A stretch of 64,000 bases of DNA from the human T2T-CHM13v2.0 reference genome, Homo sapiens: NCBI RefSeq assembly GCF_009914755.1, contig NC_060936.1, one strand, 5' to 3'. Of this stretch, positions 30,001 through 49,467 are shown piece after piece. The notes under the pieces are model-generated. The model saw only the letters and a program-made list of their open reading frames with translations, was not told the DNA's origin and ran no database searches. The stretch's first letter is position 1, and every line of letters begins with the position of its first letter. A program made the position numbers and the translations under genes.

Positions 30001-31330
30001 AAATAGTATTTCCAAACAGCCCAATGAAAAGAAAGGTTTAATTCAGTGAGATAAATGCACATGTCACACAGCAGTTTCTCAGATATCTTCCTTCTAGTTT
30101 TTATCCTGAGATATTCACTTTTTCACCATTGGCCTCAATGAGCTCCCAAATGTCCATTCACAGAATGGACAAAGAAAGTGTTCCCAAACTGTTGAATCCA
30201 ATGAAAGGTTTAGCTCTGAGATGAATGCACACAACACAAAGCAGTTTCACAAAAACTTCTTTCTAGTTTGCATATGAAGATATTTCCTTTTTCAACATAA
30301 GACTCAATGAACTCCCAAATACCCCTTCGCAGATTCTATAAAAACCGTGTTTCCAAACTACTGAATGAAAACAGAGATTTTAATCTGTGAAATGAATGCA
30401 CATATCACAGTGCAGTTTCTCAGATAGATTCCTTCTAGTTCTTATCCTGGGATATTCACCTTTTAGCCATTGGCATCAATGATCTCCCAAACGTCTGTTC
30501 ATACAATGGACATAAAGAGTGTTTCCAAACAGGTTAATCAAAAGAAGGGTGTACCTCTATGAGATGAATGTTCATACCACAAAGCAGTTTCTCAGAAAAG
30601 TTCTTTATAGTTTTTACTTGAAGATTTTTCCTTTTTCACCATAAGCCTCAATGTGTTCCCAAATATCCCTTCACAGATTCTATACAAACAGTGTTGCCAA
30701 ACTGCTGGATCCAAAGAAAAGTTTAACTCTGTGATATGAATGCACACATCACAAAGCAGTTCCTCAGAAAGTTTCATTGTTGTTTTTATCTGAAGATGTT
30801 TTATTTTTCACCATAGGCCTCAATGCACTCCAAAATATCCCTTCAAAAATTCTTAAAAAACAGTTTTTCCAAACTGCTGAATGAAAAGAAAGGTTTAACT
30901 CTACGAGATGAATGTACACATAACAAAGCAGTTTCACAAATAGGTTCCTTCTAGTTTTTATCCTGGGATATTCACTTTTTCGCTATGACCTCAATGCACT
31001 CCCAAATGTCCATTTGCACAAAGGACAAAAACAGTGTTTCAAAACTGCTGAATTGAAAGAAATGTTTAACTCTGTGAGATGAATGAACACATTGCAAAGC
31101 AGTTTCTCAGAAAGCTCCTTTCTAGTTTTTATCTGGAGTTGTTTCCTTTTCAATCTAGGCCTCAATCAGCTCCCAAATATCCCTTCCCAGATTTTTCAAA
31201 AGCAGTGTTTCCAAACTGCTTAATGAAAACAAAGGTTTAACTCTGCTTCACCATTTTCCTCAATGAGCTCCCAAAAGTCCATACTCAGAATGGACAAAAA
31301 GAGTGTTTCCAAGCTTCTGAATCAAAAAAA
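1..31330 (-). repeat. Diverged alpha satellite, loosely dimeric class (reverse orientation relative to the usual ALR consensus)
   Basis: ~171-172 bp tandem units containing cagtgtttccaaactgctgaat..aaagaaaggtttaactctgtgagatgaatgcacacatcacaaag, the reverse complement of the alphoid consensus. Two monomer types mostly alternate: type 1 (ttatctgaagat...cataggcc...atatcccttcacagattctaca) and type 2 (ttatcctgggatatt...cattggcc...tgtccattcacagaatggaca). The right boundary is approximate. Confidence 0.97.
7955..7971 (+). other. pJ-alpha box (one example; recurs in many type 1 and monomeric-class units)
   Basis: ttcctttttcaccatag matches the pJ-alpha motif TTCCTTTTYCACCRTAG at the position where B-type monomers carry a CENP-B box. 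Confidence 0.8.
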
Positions 31331-34300
31331 GGTTTAACTCTGTGAGATGAATGCACACATCACAAATCAGTTTCTCAGAAAGCTTCTTTTAGTTTATATC
31401 TGAAGATGTTTCCTTTTTCACCATAGTCCTCAATGTGCTCCCAAATATCCACTTGCAGATTCTACCACAACTGTGTTTCCAAACTCCTCCATAAAAGGAA
31501 AGCTTTAAATCTGTGACATGAGTGCACCAATCACAAAGCAGTTTCTTAGAAAGCTTCTTTCTAGTTTTTCCCTGAAGATATTTCCTTTTTCACTATAGGC
31601 CCCAATGAGCCCCATATCCCTTTGCATAGTCTACACAAACATTGTTTCCAAAATGCTCTATCAAAATTATTTTTTAACTCTATGAGATGAATGCACACAT
31701 CACAAAGCAGTGTTGCAGAAAGATTCTTTCTGGTTTTTCTCTTAAAATATCTCCTTTCTCACCACAGGCCTAAATGTGCACCCAAATATTCCTTGGCAGA
31801 TTCTACAAAAATAGTATTTTCAAACTGCTGCATCAAATGAAAGCTTTAACTCTGTGAGACAAATGCACACATCACAAAGCAGTTTCTCAGAAAGCAGTGT
31901 CTAAGAAAGCTTATTCTAGTTTTAATCTGAAGATATTTACTTTTTCACCACAGGAATACATGCCCTCCTTAATATCCTTTTGCAGATTCTACAAAAACTG
32001 TGTTTCCAAACTGCTCAATCAAAAGAACTGTTTAACTCTGAGATGAATGTACACATCACAAAGTACTTACTCAGAAAGAGTCTTTCTTGTTTTTCTCTCA
32101 AGATATTTCCTTTTTCAACCTGGGACTGAATGCACAACAAACTATCCCTTCACAGATTGTACAAGAACAGTGTTTCTAAACTGCACAATCAAAAGAAAGA
32201 TTTGAGTCTGTGAGATGAATGCACACATTACAAAGTCGTTTCTCAGAAAGCTTTTCTAGTTTTTATCTGAAGATATTTCCTTTTTCACAATAGGCCTCAA
32301 ACCGCTCACAAATATCCCTTTGCAGATTCTACAAAAAGACTGTTTCCAAACTGCTCAATCAAAAGTAAGGTTCAACTCTGTGAGATGAATGCACACATTA
32401 AAAAGAATGAAGGCACACATCACAAAGCAGTTTCTCAGAAAGATTCTTTCTAGTTTTTATCTGATTCTACTTCCTTTTCGACCTTAGACCTCAATGCACT
32501 ACCAAATATCCCTTTGTATATTCCACTAAAACAGTGTTTCCAGACTGCCCAATCAAAAGAAACTTTTAACATTGTGAGATGAAGGCACACATCATAATGC
32601 AGTTTCCTGGAAAGCTTCTTTCTTGTTTTCCTCTGAAGGTATTTCCTTTTTCACCATAGGCTTCATTGTGTTCCCAAATATCCCTTCGCAGATTATACAA
32701 AAACAGTGTCTACAAATTGCCCCATCAAAAGAAAAGCTTAACTGTGTGAGATGAATGCACACATCACAAATCATTTTCTCAGAAAGAGTCTTTGTAGTTT
32801 TTGTCAAGATATTTCCTTTTTGACCACAGGCCTCAATGCACTCCAAAGTATCCTTTTGCAGATTCTACAAAAACAGTGTTTCCAAACTGTTCCATCAAAA
32901 GAAAGATTTAATTCTGTGAGATGAATGCACACATCACAAAGCAGTATCTCCGAAAGCTTCTTTCCAGTTTTTATCTGAAGATATTTACTTTTTCACCATA
33001 GGCCTCAATGCGCTCCCAAATATCCCTACACAGATTCTACCAAAACAATGTTTCCAAACTGCTCAATCAAAGGAAAGCTTTCAATCTGCAAGATGAATGC
33101 ACACCTCTCAAAGCAGTTTCTAAGAAAGCTTCTTTCTAGTTTTTCTCTGAAGATATTTTCTTTTTCACCATAGGCCTCAATTCACTCCCAAGTACCCCTT
33201 CACAGATTCTACAAAAAGAGGGTTTCCAAACTGCTCAAAAAAAGAAAGGTTTATGTCTGTGATATGAATGCACACATCCAAAGCAATTTCTCCGAAAGTT
33301 TATTTCTTATTTTCTTCTGAAGATATTTCCTTTTTCACCATAGGTCTTGATGCACTCCCAAACATGCCTTCACTGATTCTACAAAAACAGTGTTTCCAAA
33401 GTGCTCCTTCAAACAAAATGTTTAACTCTGTGAGATGAATTCACACATCACAAAGCATTTTCTCATTAAGCTGCATTCAACTTTTTGTCCGAAGATATAT
33501 TCTTTTTCCCCATAATACTCAATTTGCTCCCAAATATCCCTTTGCAGAATCTACAAAAACCGTATTTCCAAACTGCTCCATAGAAAGAAAGGTTTAATTC
33601 TGTGAAATGTATGCAAACATCACAAAGCAGTTTCTCAGAAGGCTTCTTTCCAGATTTTCTCCTTAGATATTTCCTTTTTGACCATAGGCCTCAATGTGCT
33701 CCCAAATATCACATTGCAGATTCTAGAAAAACTTTGTTTCCAAACAGCTCCATAAAAAGAAAGATTTAACCCTGTGAGATGAATGCATGCAATACAAAGT
33801 AGTTTCTCAGAAAGATTCTTTGTAGTTTTAATCTGAAGGTATTTATTTTTCAACATAAGCTTCAAAGTGCTCCCAAAAATCCATTTGCAGATTCTACGAA
33901 AACATTGTTTCCAAAGAGCTCCATCAGAAGAAATGTATACCTCTGAGAGATGAATGCCCACATCACAAATCAGTTTCTGAGAAAGCTTCTTTCTAGTTTT
34001 TATGTAAAATATTTCATTTTGACAATAGGCCTCAATGTATTCCCAAATACACCATTGCAGATTTTACAAAAACAGCATTTGCAAACACCTACATCAAAAG
34101 AAACATTTACGTATGTGAGAAGAATCCATATATCACAAAGCAGATTCTCAGAAAGCTTCTTTCTACGTTTTTATCTGAAGATATTTCCTTTTTCACCAGA
34201 GGCCTCAATGGGCTCACAAATATCCATTCACACATTCTATTGAAACAGTTTTTCCTAAACTGCTCAATGAAAAGAAAGATTGAACTCTGTGAGATGAAGA

Positions 34301-37300
34301 CACACATCACAAAGCAGTTTCTCAGAAAGCTTCTTTCTAGTTTTTATCTGAAGATATTTCCTTTTGCACCATAGGCCTCACTGTGCTCCCAAATATCCCT
34401 TTGCATATTCTACAAAAACAGTGTTTCCAAACTGCTCAACCAATAAAATGGTTTACATCAGAGAGATGAATGCATATATCACAAAGCAGTTTCTCAGAAA
34501 GCTTCTTTCTGATTTTTATCTGAGGATATTGAATTTTTCACCATAGGTCTGAATGCACTCCCAAATATCCCTTCGCATATTCTACATAAACAGTATTTCC
34601 AAACTGCTTAACCAAATGAAGGGTTTAACTCTGTGAGTTGAATGCACACATCACAATGCATTTTCTCAGAAAACTTCATTCTAGTTTTTCTCTGAAGATA
34701 TTTCCTTTTTAACCATAGGCCTCAAAGTGCTCCCAAATATCCGTTTGCAGATTGTACGAAACCGTGTTTCCAAACTGCACCACCAAAGGAAAGGTTTAAC
34801 TCTGTGAGATGACTGCCCACGTCTCAAAGCAGTTTCTCAGAAAGCTTCTCCCCAGTCTTTATGTGAAGATATTTCCTTTTTCACTGTGGGCCTCAATGCA
34901 CTCCTAAATGTCCCTTCGCAGTTTACATACAAAGAGTGTTTACGAACTGCACCATCAATAGAAACTTTTAACTCTGTGAGGTGAATGCAACACATCACAT
35001 ATCAGTTTCTCTGAAAGCTTCTCTTTGTTTCCATCTGATTGTTTACTTTTACATTGAAGATATTAATGCACTCCCAAATATCCCTTCACAGATTCTACAA
35101 AGATAGTCTTTCCAAACTGCTGAATGAAAAGAAAGGTAAAACTGTACTAGGTGGATGCACACATCACAGAGGGTTTCTCAGAGATTTTCCTTCTAGTTTT
35201 TATCCTGGGATATTCACTTTTTTGCCATTGGACTCAAAGAGCTCCCAAATATCAATTTGCAGAATGGAGAAAAAAAAATGTTTTCAATCTTCTGAATCAA
35301 AAGAAAGTTTTAACTCTGTGAGATGAGTGCCCATTTGGAATGTGCCCATTTGGAATAGCAGTTTCTCAGAAAGCTTCTTTCTAGTTTTTATCTGATCATG
35401 TTTTCTTTTTCAACATAGGCCTCGATGCACTTCCAAATATCCCTTTACAGTTTCTACATAAACACTGTTTCCAAACTGCTGAAAGGAAAGAAAGGTTTAA
35501 TTCTGTGAGATGAATTCACACATCACAAAGCAGTTTCTCAGATAACTTCCTTCTAGTTTGTATAATGATATATTCACTTTTTCACCATTAGCCTAAATGA
35601 GCTCCAAAAATTGCTTTTGCAAAATGGACAAAAATAGTGTTTCCAAATTGCTGAATCAAAAGTCAGGTTTCACTCTGTGGGATGAATGCACTTACCAAAA
35701 AAAAAAAAAATGTCTGAAAGAGCTTCTTTCATGTTTTTATTTGAAGACATTTTCTTTTTCACAATAGGACTCAAGGCGTTCCCAAATATCATTTTGCAGA
35801 TTCTACAAAAACAGTTTTTCCAAACCTCTCAATCTAAAGACAGGTTTATCTCTGTGCAATGAATGCACACTTCACAAAACAGTTCCTCAGAAAGCTTCTT
35901 CCTAGTTTTTATCTGAAGATGTTTCCTTTTTCACCATAGGACCCAATGCCATCTGAAATATCTCTTCACAGATTCTACAAAAACGGTGTTTCCAAACTGC
36001 TCAATCAAAAGATAGCTTTAACTCTGTGAGACGAATGCACACATTGCAAAGCATTTTCTTAGAAAGCTTCTTTCTAGTTTTTATCTGGAGATATTTCTTT
36101 TTTCGGCATAGGCCTAAATGCACTCCCAAATATCACTTCACAGATTCAACAAAAACAGTGCTTCCAAAGTGCTCAATCAAAAGATAGGTTTAACTCTGTA
36201 AGATGAATGCACAAATCACAAAGTAGTTTCTCAGGAAACTTCTTTATAGTTTTTCTCTGAAGGAATTTCCTTATTTTACACTGGGCCTCAATGCACTCCC
36301 AACTATCCCTCGCAGATTATACAAAACCGTATTTCCAAACTACTCGATCAAAAGAAGGGATTATCTCTCTCAGGTGAATGCACACATCACAAAGCAGTTT
36401 CACAGAAAGCTTCTTTCTACTTTCTATTTGAAAATACGTCCTTTTATACCGTAGGCCTTAATGAGCTCCCAAATATTCCTTCACAGATTTCAGAAAAACA
36501 GTGTTTCCAGACTGCTCAACAAAAAGAAAGGTTTAACTCTGTGAGATGGGTGCATACATCATAAAGCAGTTTTTCAGAAAGCTTCTTTCTAGTATTAATC
36601 TGAAGATATTTCCTTTTTCACCACTGGCCTCAATCCTCTACAAAATACCCCTTCACAAAATATAAAAAAAAAAAATGTTTCCAAACTACTTAATGAAAAG
36701 AGAGGTTTAACTCTGTGAGATGAACGCACACATCACGAAGCTCTTTCTCAGAAAGCTTCTTTCTAGTTTTTAACTGAAGATATTTCCTTTTTCAAGATAG
36801 GCTTCAATATGCTCCCAAATATCCCTTTGCAAATTCTACAAAATATTGTTTCCCAACTACTCAATCAAAATAAAGGTTTAACTCTGTGAGATTAATGCAC
36901 ACATCACAAAGCAGTTTCTCAGATAGCTTCCTTCAATTTTTTTCTTAAGGTATGTCCTTTTTCACCATTGCCTCAATGTGCCCCCAAATATCCCTTCACA
37001 GATTCTACAAAAATTGTGTTTCCAAACTGCTTAATCAAAAAAATGGTTTAACTCTGTGAGATGAATGCACAACATCACAAAGCAGTTTCTCAGAAAGCTG
37101 CTTTCTAGTTTTTCTCTGAAGATATTTCCTTTTTCACCATAGGCCTCAATGTTCTCCCAATTATCCCTTCACAGATTCTACAAAAACACTGTTTCCAAAC
37201 TCTTCCATCAAAGGAAAGGTTTAACTCTGTGAGTTGCATGTGCACATCAAAAATCAGTTTCTCAGAAAGCATCCTTCTTGTTTTTCTCTGATTATATTTC

Positions 37301-37714
37301 CTTTTTCACTGTAGGCCACAATGTGCTCCAAATATCCCTCTGCAGATTCTCCAAAAACAGGGTTTGCAAACTGCTCAACAGAAAGAAATATTTAATAATG
37401 TGAGATGAATGCACACATCACAAAGTAGTTTCCTAGAAAGGTTCTTTCTAGTTTTCCTCTGACTATATTTATTTTTTCACCATAGATCTAAATGCTCTCC
37501 AAAATATCCCTTCATAATTCTACAAGAACAGTGCTTCCAAACTGCTCCATCAAAAGAAATGTATAACTCTGTGAGATGAATGCACAAATCACAAAGCAGT
37601 TTCTCAGAAATCTTCTTCGTAGTTCTTATCTGAAGATGATTCCTGTTTCACCATAAGCCTCAATGCACTCCCAAATATCCCTTCACAGATTCTACAAAAA
37701 CAGTATTTCCAAAC
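31331..37714 (-). repeat. Diverged alpha satellite, monomeric class
   Basis: Same alphoid backbone, but the diagnostic reads ctgctccatc/ctgctcaatc instead of ctgctgaat, tttttctctgaag is frequent, and type 2 (cctggg) monomers are absent except for an island at ~35,100-35,660. Confidence 0.9.
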
Positions 37715-40700
37715 TACTGCATGAAAAGAAAGTTTTAACTCTGTGAGATGAATGCGCACATCACAAAGCCATTTGTCAGAGAGCTTCTCTCAAGTTTTTA
37801 TCCTGGAATATTCTCTTTTTCACCATTGTCTTAAATGAGATCCTGAATGTTCATTGACAGTAGGACAAATAGAGGGTTTCCAAACTGATACATAAAAAGA
37901 AAGATTTAAAACTGTGAGATGAATGCACAAGTCACAAAGCAGTTTCTCAGAAAGATTTTTTTCTAGTTTTTAGCTGAAGATGTTTCCTTTTTCACCATAG
38001 GCCTCAATGAGTTCCCAAATATCCCTTCACAGATACTACAACAACACTGTTCCCAAACTGCTGACTGAAAGGAAAGGTTTAATGACGAGTGATGAATGCC
38101 CACATCAGAAAGTGTTTTCTCAGAGAGCTTCCTTCTAGTTTATATCCTGGTATATTCATTTTTTCATCTTTGGCCTCAATGAGCTCTCAAATGTCCATTC
38201 TCAGAATGGACAAAAACGTTGTTTCCAAACTGCTGAATCCAAAGAAATGTTTAACTCTTTAATACACACTTCAAAAAGCAGTTTCTCTGAAACCTTCTTT
38301 CTAGTTTTATCTGAAGATGTTTCCTTTTTCATCATAGGCCTAAATGTGTTACCAAATATCCCTTTGCAGAATGTACAAAAACAGTGTTTCCAAAGTGCTG
38401 AATCCAAAGAAAGGTTTAAAACTGTGAGATGAATGTGCATGTCACAAAGTAGTTTCTCTGAGGGCTTCTTTCTTGTTTTTATCTGAGGATGCCTCTTTTT
38501 CACCATAGGATTCAATGCACTGCCAGATATCCCTTTGCTGATTCCACAAAAAGGTGTTTCCAAACTGCTGAATAAAAATGTTTTAACTCTGAGTAATGAA
38601 TGCACACACCACAAAGCAGTGACTCAGGTACCTTCCTTCTATTTTTTATCCTGGGATATTCACATTTTTGCCATTGGTCTCAATGAACTCCCAAATGTAC
38701 TTTCACACAATGGAGAAAAACAGTGTTTTCGAACTGCTGAATCCAATGAAAAGTTTAACTTTTGAGATGAATGTACACATCACAAAGCAGTTTCTGAGAA
38801 AGCTTCTTTCTAGTTTTTATCCTGGGATATTCACATTTTTGGCTTTGGCCTCAATGAACCCCCAAAGTCCATTTCACAAAATGGACAAAAAAACAGTGTT
38901 TCCAAACTGCTGAACCCAAAGAATGGTTTAATTCTATGAGCTGATTGTGCACAACACAAATCAGTTTCTCAGAAAGCTTCCTTCTTGTTTTTATCTAAAG
39001 AAGATTCCTTTTTCAGCATAGGACTCAATGCACTCCCAAATATCTCTTCACAGAATCTACCTAAACAATGATTCAAAACTGCTGATGAAAAGAATAGGAT
39101 AACTCTGCAATATGAAGGCACATATCCCAAAGCAGTTTCTCATAGAGCTTCCTTCTAGTTTTTATCCTGGTGTATTCACTTTTATGGCATTGGCATCAAT
39201 GAATTCCCAAAAGTCCATTCGTTGAATGGGCAAACAGTGTTTACAAACTGCTGAATCCAAAGAAATGTTTTACTCTATAAGATGAATGCAAAAATCACAA
39301 AGCAGTTTCTCAGAAATCTTCTTTCTAGTTTTTATCAGAAGATGTTTCCTTTTTCACCATAAGCGTCAAAGTGCTCGCAAATATCCATTTGCAGATTGTA
39401 CAAAACAGTGTTTCCAAACTGCTGAATAAAAAGAAATGTTTAACTCTGCGAGGTGAATGGAGACATCACAGACTGGTTTCTCAGAGAGCTTCCTTCTAGT
39501 TTTTACCCTGGGATATTCACTTTTTCAACATTGGCCTCAATGAGCTCTCAAATATCCATTCACAGAATGGACAAAAACAGTGTTTCCAAATTGCTGAATC
39601 CTAAGAAAGGATTAACTCTGTGAGATGAGTGCACACATCACAAAGCAGTTTCTCAGAAAGCTTCTTTCCAGTTTTATATGGAGAAATTTCCTTTTTCACC
39701 ATAAGTCTCAAAGTGCTCCCAAATATCCCTTCACAGATTCTACAAAAACAGTGTTTCCAAAGTGCTGAATGGAAAGAAAGGTTTAACTCTGTGAGGTGAA
39801 TGCACACATCACAATGAGGTTTCTCAAATAGCATCCTTCTAGTTTTAACCTGGTGTATTTGCCTTTTTGTTATTGGCCTCAATGAGAGCTCTAATTTCTA
39901 TTTGCAGAATGGTCAAAAAGAGTGTTTCCTAACTGCTGAATCCACAGAAAGGTTTAACACTGTGAGAAGAATGCACACATAACAAAGCAGGTTTTCAGAT
40001 AGCTTCTATCTTGTTTTTATCTGAAGATATTTTCTTTTTCACCATAGGCCTCAATGCACTCCCAAATATCCCTTGGCAGATGCTGCAATTACAGTGTTTC
40101 CAAACTGATGAAAGAAAAGACAGTTTTAAATCTGTGAGATGAATACACACATCAGAATGCTGTTTATCAAATAGCTTCCTTCTAGTTTTTATCCTGGGAT
40201 ATTGCTTTATCGCCTTTGGCCGCATTGAGCTCCCCAATGTGCATTTGCAGAATGCACAAAAACTGTGTTACCAAACTGCTGAATGAAAAGAAAGGTTTAA
40301 TTGTGCGAGATTAATGCACACATCACAAAGCACTTTCGCAGATACATTCTTTCTATTTGTTATCCTGGGATACTTGCTCTATCACCATTGACCTCAACGA
40401 GCTCAAAAATATCCATTCACAAAATAGACGAAAAGTGTTTCCAAACTGCAGAAATAAAGGAAAGTTTTAATTCTGTGAGATGAAAGCACACATCCTAAAC
40501 CAGTTTCTCAGAGAGCTTCTTCCTAGTTTCTCCCTGAAGATGTTTCTTTTTCAACATAGCTCGCTATGTGCTGCCAAATATACCTTCTCAGATTCAACAA
40601 AAGCAGTGTTTCCACACTGCTGAGTGCAAAGAAAGGTTTAACTCTGCGGGATGAATGCCCACAACACAAAGCAGTTTCTCAGAGAGCTTCCTTCTAGTTT

Positions 40701-42780
40701 TTATCCTGGGATATTCACTTTTTCACCATTGGTCTCAAGGAGCTCTCAAATGTGCATTTGCAGAATGCACAAAAACAGTGTTTCCAAACTGCCGAATCTG
40801 AAGTACAGTTTAACTCACAGATGAATGTGCACGTCACAAATCAGTTTGTCAGAAAACTTCTTTTTAATTTTTACCTGAAGATGTTTCCTTTTACAACATT
40901 GGCCTTAATGTACTCCCAAATATCCCTTCACCGATTCAAGAAATCAGTGGATCCAAACTGCTGAATGAAAAGAAAGGTTTAACTTTGCTGGACTAATGCG
41001 CACATCACAAAGCAGTTTCTCAGATAGTTTCCTTCTAGTCTTTATCCTGGGATATTTGCTTTTTTGCCATTCACCTCAATGTGCTCACAAATGTCCATTC
41101 ACAGAATAGACGAAAAGAGTGTTTCCAAACTGCTGAATTAATAAAAGGTTTAACTCTGTGAGATGAACACACATCACAAAGCAGTTTCTGAAAGAGCATC
41201 TTTCTAGTTTCTCTCTGAAGATGTTTTTCAACATAGGCCTCTAAGCACTCCCAAATATCCCTTCACAGATTTTCCAAAAAAAGTGTTTCCAAACAGCTAA
41301 ATGAAAAGAAAAGTTTAACTCTGTGACGTGAATGCACACATCACAAAGTGATTTCTCAGATAGCTTCCTTGTAGTTTTTATCCTGTGATATTCACTTTTT
41401 CACCATTGGCCTCAAAGAGCTCAAAAATGTCCATTCACAGAATGGACAAAAACAATGTTTCCAAAGTACTGAATCAAAAACAACATTTAACTCTGTGAGA
41501 TGAATGCACACATCACAAAGCAGTTTCTCAAAAAGCTTCTTTCTAATTTTTATATGAAGATGTTTCCTTTTTCACCATAGGTGTCTATGCACAAACAAAT
41601 ATTCCTTTGCAGATTCTACAAAAACAGGTGTTTCCAAACTGCTGAATGAAAAGAAAGGATTAAATCTGCAAAATGAATGCACGCATCAAAAAGTGGCTTC
41701 TCAGACAGCTTCCTTCTAGTTTTTATCCTGTGTTATTAGCTTTTTCGCCATTGACCTCAATGAGCTCCCAAAGGTCCACTTGCAGAATGGGCAAAGACAG
41801 GTTTCCAAACTACTGAATCCAAAGAAAGGTTTAACCCTGTGTAATGAATGCACACATCACAAACAGTTTCTCAGAAGTCTTCTGTTTAGTTTTTATCTGA
41901 AGACAATTCCTTTTCCACAATAGGCCTCAATGCACTCCCAAATATCCTTTCGCAGATTCTACAAAAACAGTGTTTCCAAACTCCTGAATGAAAAGACATT
42001 TTTACCTCTGTGAGATGAATGCAGACATGAACAAAGCAGTTTATCAGATAGCTTCCTGCTAGTTTTTATCCTGGAATATTAGATTTTTGCTATAGGCCTC
42101 AATGATCTCCGAAACGTCCATTTGCAGGATGGAAAAAAACGAGTGTTTCCAAACTGCTGAATACACAGAAACTTTTATCTCTGTGAGATGAATTCACACA
42201 TCACAAAACAGTTTCTCAAAAAGCTTCTTTCTACTTTTTATCTGAAGATGTTTCCCTTTTCACCCTAGGCCTAAAGGTGCTCCAAAATATCCCTTCATAA
42301 AACCGACCAAGACAGTGTTTCCAAACTGCTGAATGAAAAGGAAAGTTTAACTCTGTGATGTTAATGTCCAGTTCACAAAGTGGTCTCTCAGAGAGCTTCC
42401 TTCTACTTTTCCTGGGACATTTACTTTTTCACCATTGGCATCAATGAGATCCCAAATGTCCATTCACAGAATGGACAAAAACAGTTTCCAAACTGATGAA
42501 TGAAAAAGAAAGTTTTAACTACTTGAGATGAATGTCCACACATCAAAGCAGTTTCTCAAAATGCTTCTTTCTTGTTCTTATATGAAGATGTTTCCTTTTT
42601 GACCAACAGCCTCAATGCACTCAAAAATATCCTTTCACAGATTGTACAAAAACAGTATTTCCAAACAGCTGAATGAAAAAAAAAAGGAAAAAATCTGTGA
42701 GATGAATGCACACATCACAAAGCAGTTTCTCAGATAGCTTCATTCTAGTTTCTTTCCTGGGTTATTCACATTTTTGCATC
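37715..42780 (-). repeat. Diverged alpha satellite, dimeric class
   Basis: Alternating ctgaagat and cctgggatatt monomers and the ctgctgaat diagnostic return; the block ends at the L1 5' junction. Confidence 0.92.
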
Positions 42781-48692
<5,912 letters not shown>

Positions 48693-49264
48693 CTATCAGA
48701 GAAAAGCAAATCAAAACCACAATGAGATACCATCTCACATCAGTTAGAATGGCAATCATTAAAAAGTCAGGAAACAACAGGTGCTGGAGAGGATGTGGAG
48801 AAATACAAACACTTTTACACTGTTAGTGGGACTGTAAACTAGTTCAACCATTGTGGAAGTCAGTGTGGGATTCCTCAGGGATCTAGAACCAGAAATACCA
48901 TTTGACCCAGCCATCCCATTACTGGGTATGTACCCAAAGGATTATAAATAATGCTGCCATAAAGACACATGCACACATATGTTTATTGCGGCACTATTCA
49001 CAATAGCAAAGACTTGGAACCAACCCAAATGTCCAACAGCGATAGACTGGATTAAGAAAATGTGGCACATATACACCATGGAATAATATGCAGCCATAAA
49101 AAATGATGAGTTCATGTCCTTTGTAGGGACATGGATGAAACTGGAAATCATCATTCTCAGTAAACTATTGCAAGAACGAAAAACCAAATGCCACATATTC
49201 TCACTCATAGATGGGAATTGAACAATGAGAACACATGGACACAGGAAGGGAAACATCACACTCT

Positions 49265-49298
49265 GGGGACTGTTGTGGGGTGGGGGTAGGGGGTAGGG
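49265..49298 (+). other. G-rich tract of the L1 3'UTR, potential G-quadruplex
   Basis: ggggactgttgtggggtgggggtagggggtaggg has five runs of at least 3 G; this tract is a known feature of young L1 3'UTRs. Confidence 0.65.
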
Positions 49299-49422
49299 AT
49301 AGCTTTAGGAGATGAACCTAATGCTTAATGACGAGTTAATGGGTGCAGCACACCAGCGTGGCACATATATACATATGTAACTAACCTCCACATTGTTCAC
49401 ATGTACCCTAAAACTTAAAGTA

Positions 49423-49450
49423 TAATAATAATAAAATAAAATAAAATAAA
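49423..49450 (+). repeat. L1 A-rich tail patterned as (TAA)n(TAAAA)n
   Basis: taataataataaaataaaataaaataaa lies directly before the right TSD. Confidence 0.85.
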
Positions 49451-49467
49451 GAAAAACAGTGTTTCCA
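49451..49467 (+). repeat. Right target-site duplication (17 bp) of the second L1
   Basis: gaaaaacagtgtttcca follows the tail and is identical to 48051-48067. Confidence 0.9.

Noticed and set aside
9471-31910. Micro tandem duplications at ~9471-9508, ~15681-15698, ~16043-16067 and ~31876-31910
   Set aside because: Real but ordinary slippage events in decaying satellite, with no pattern suggesting function.
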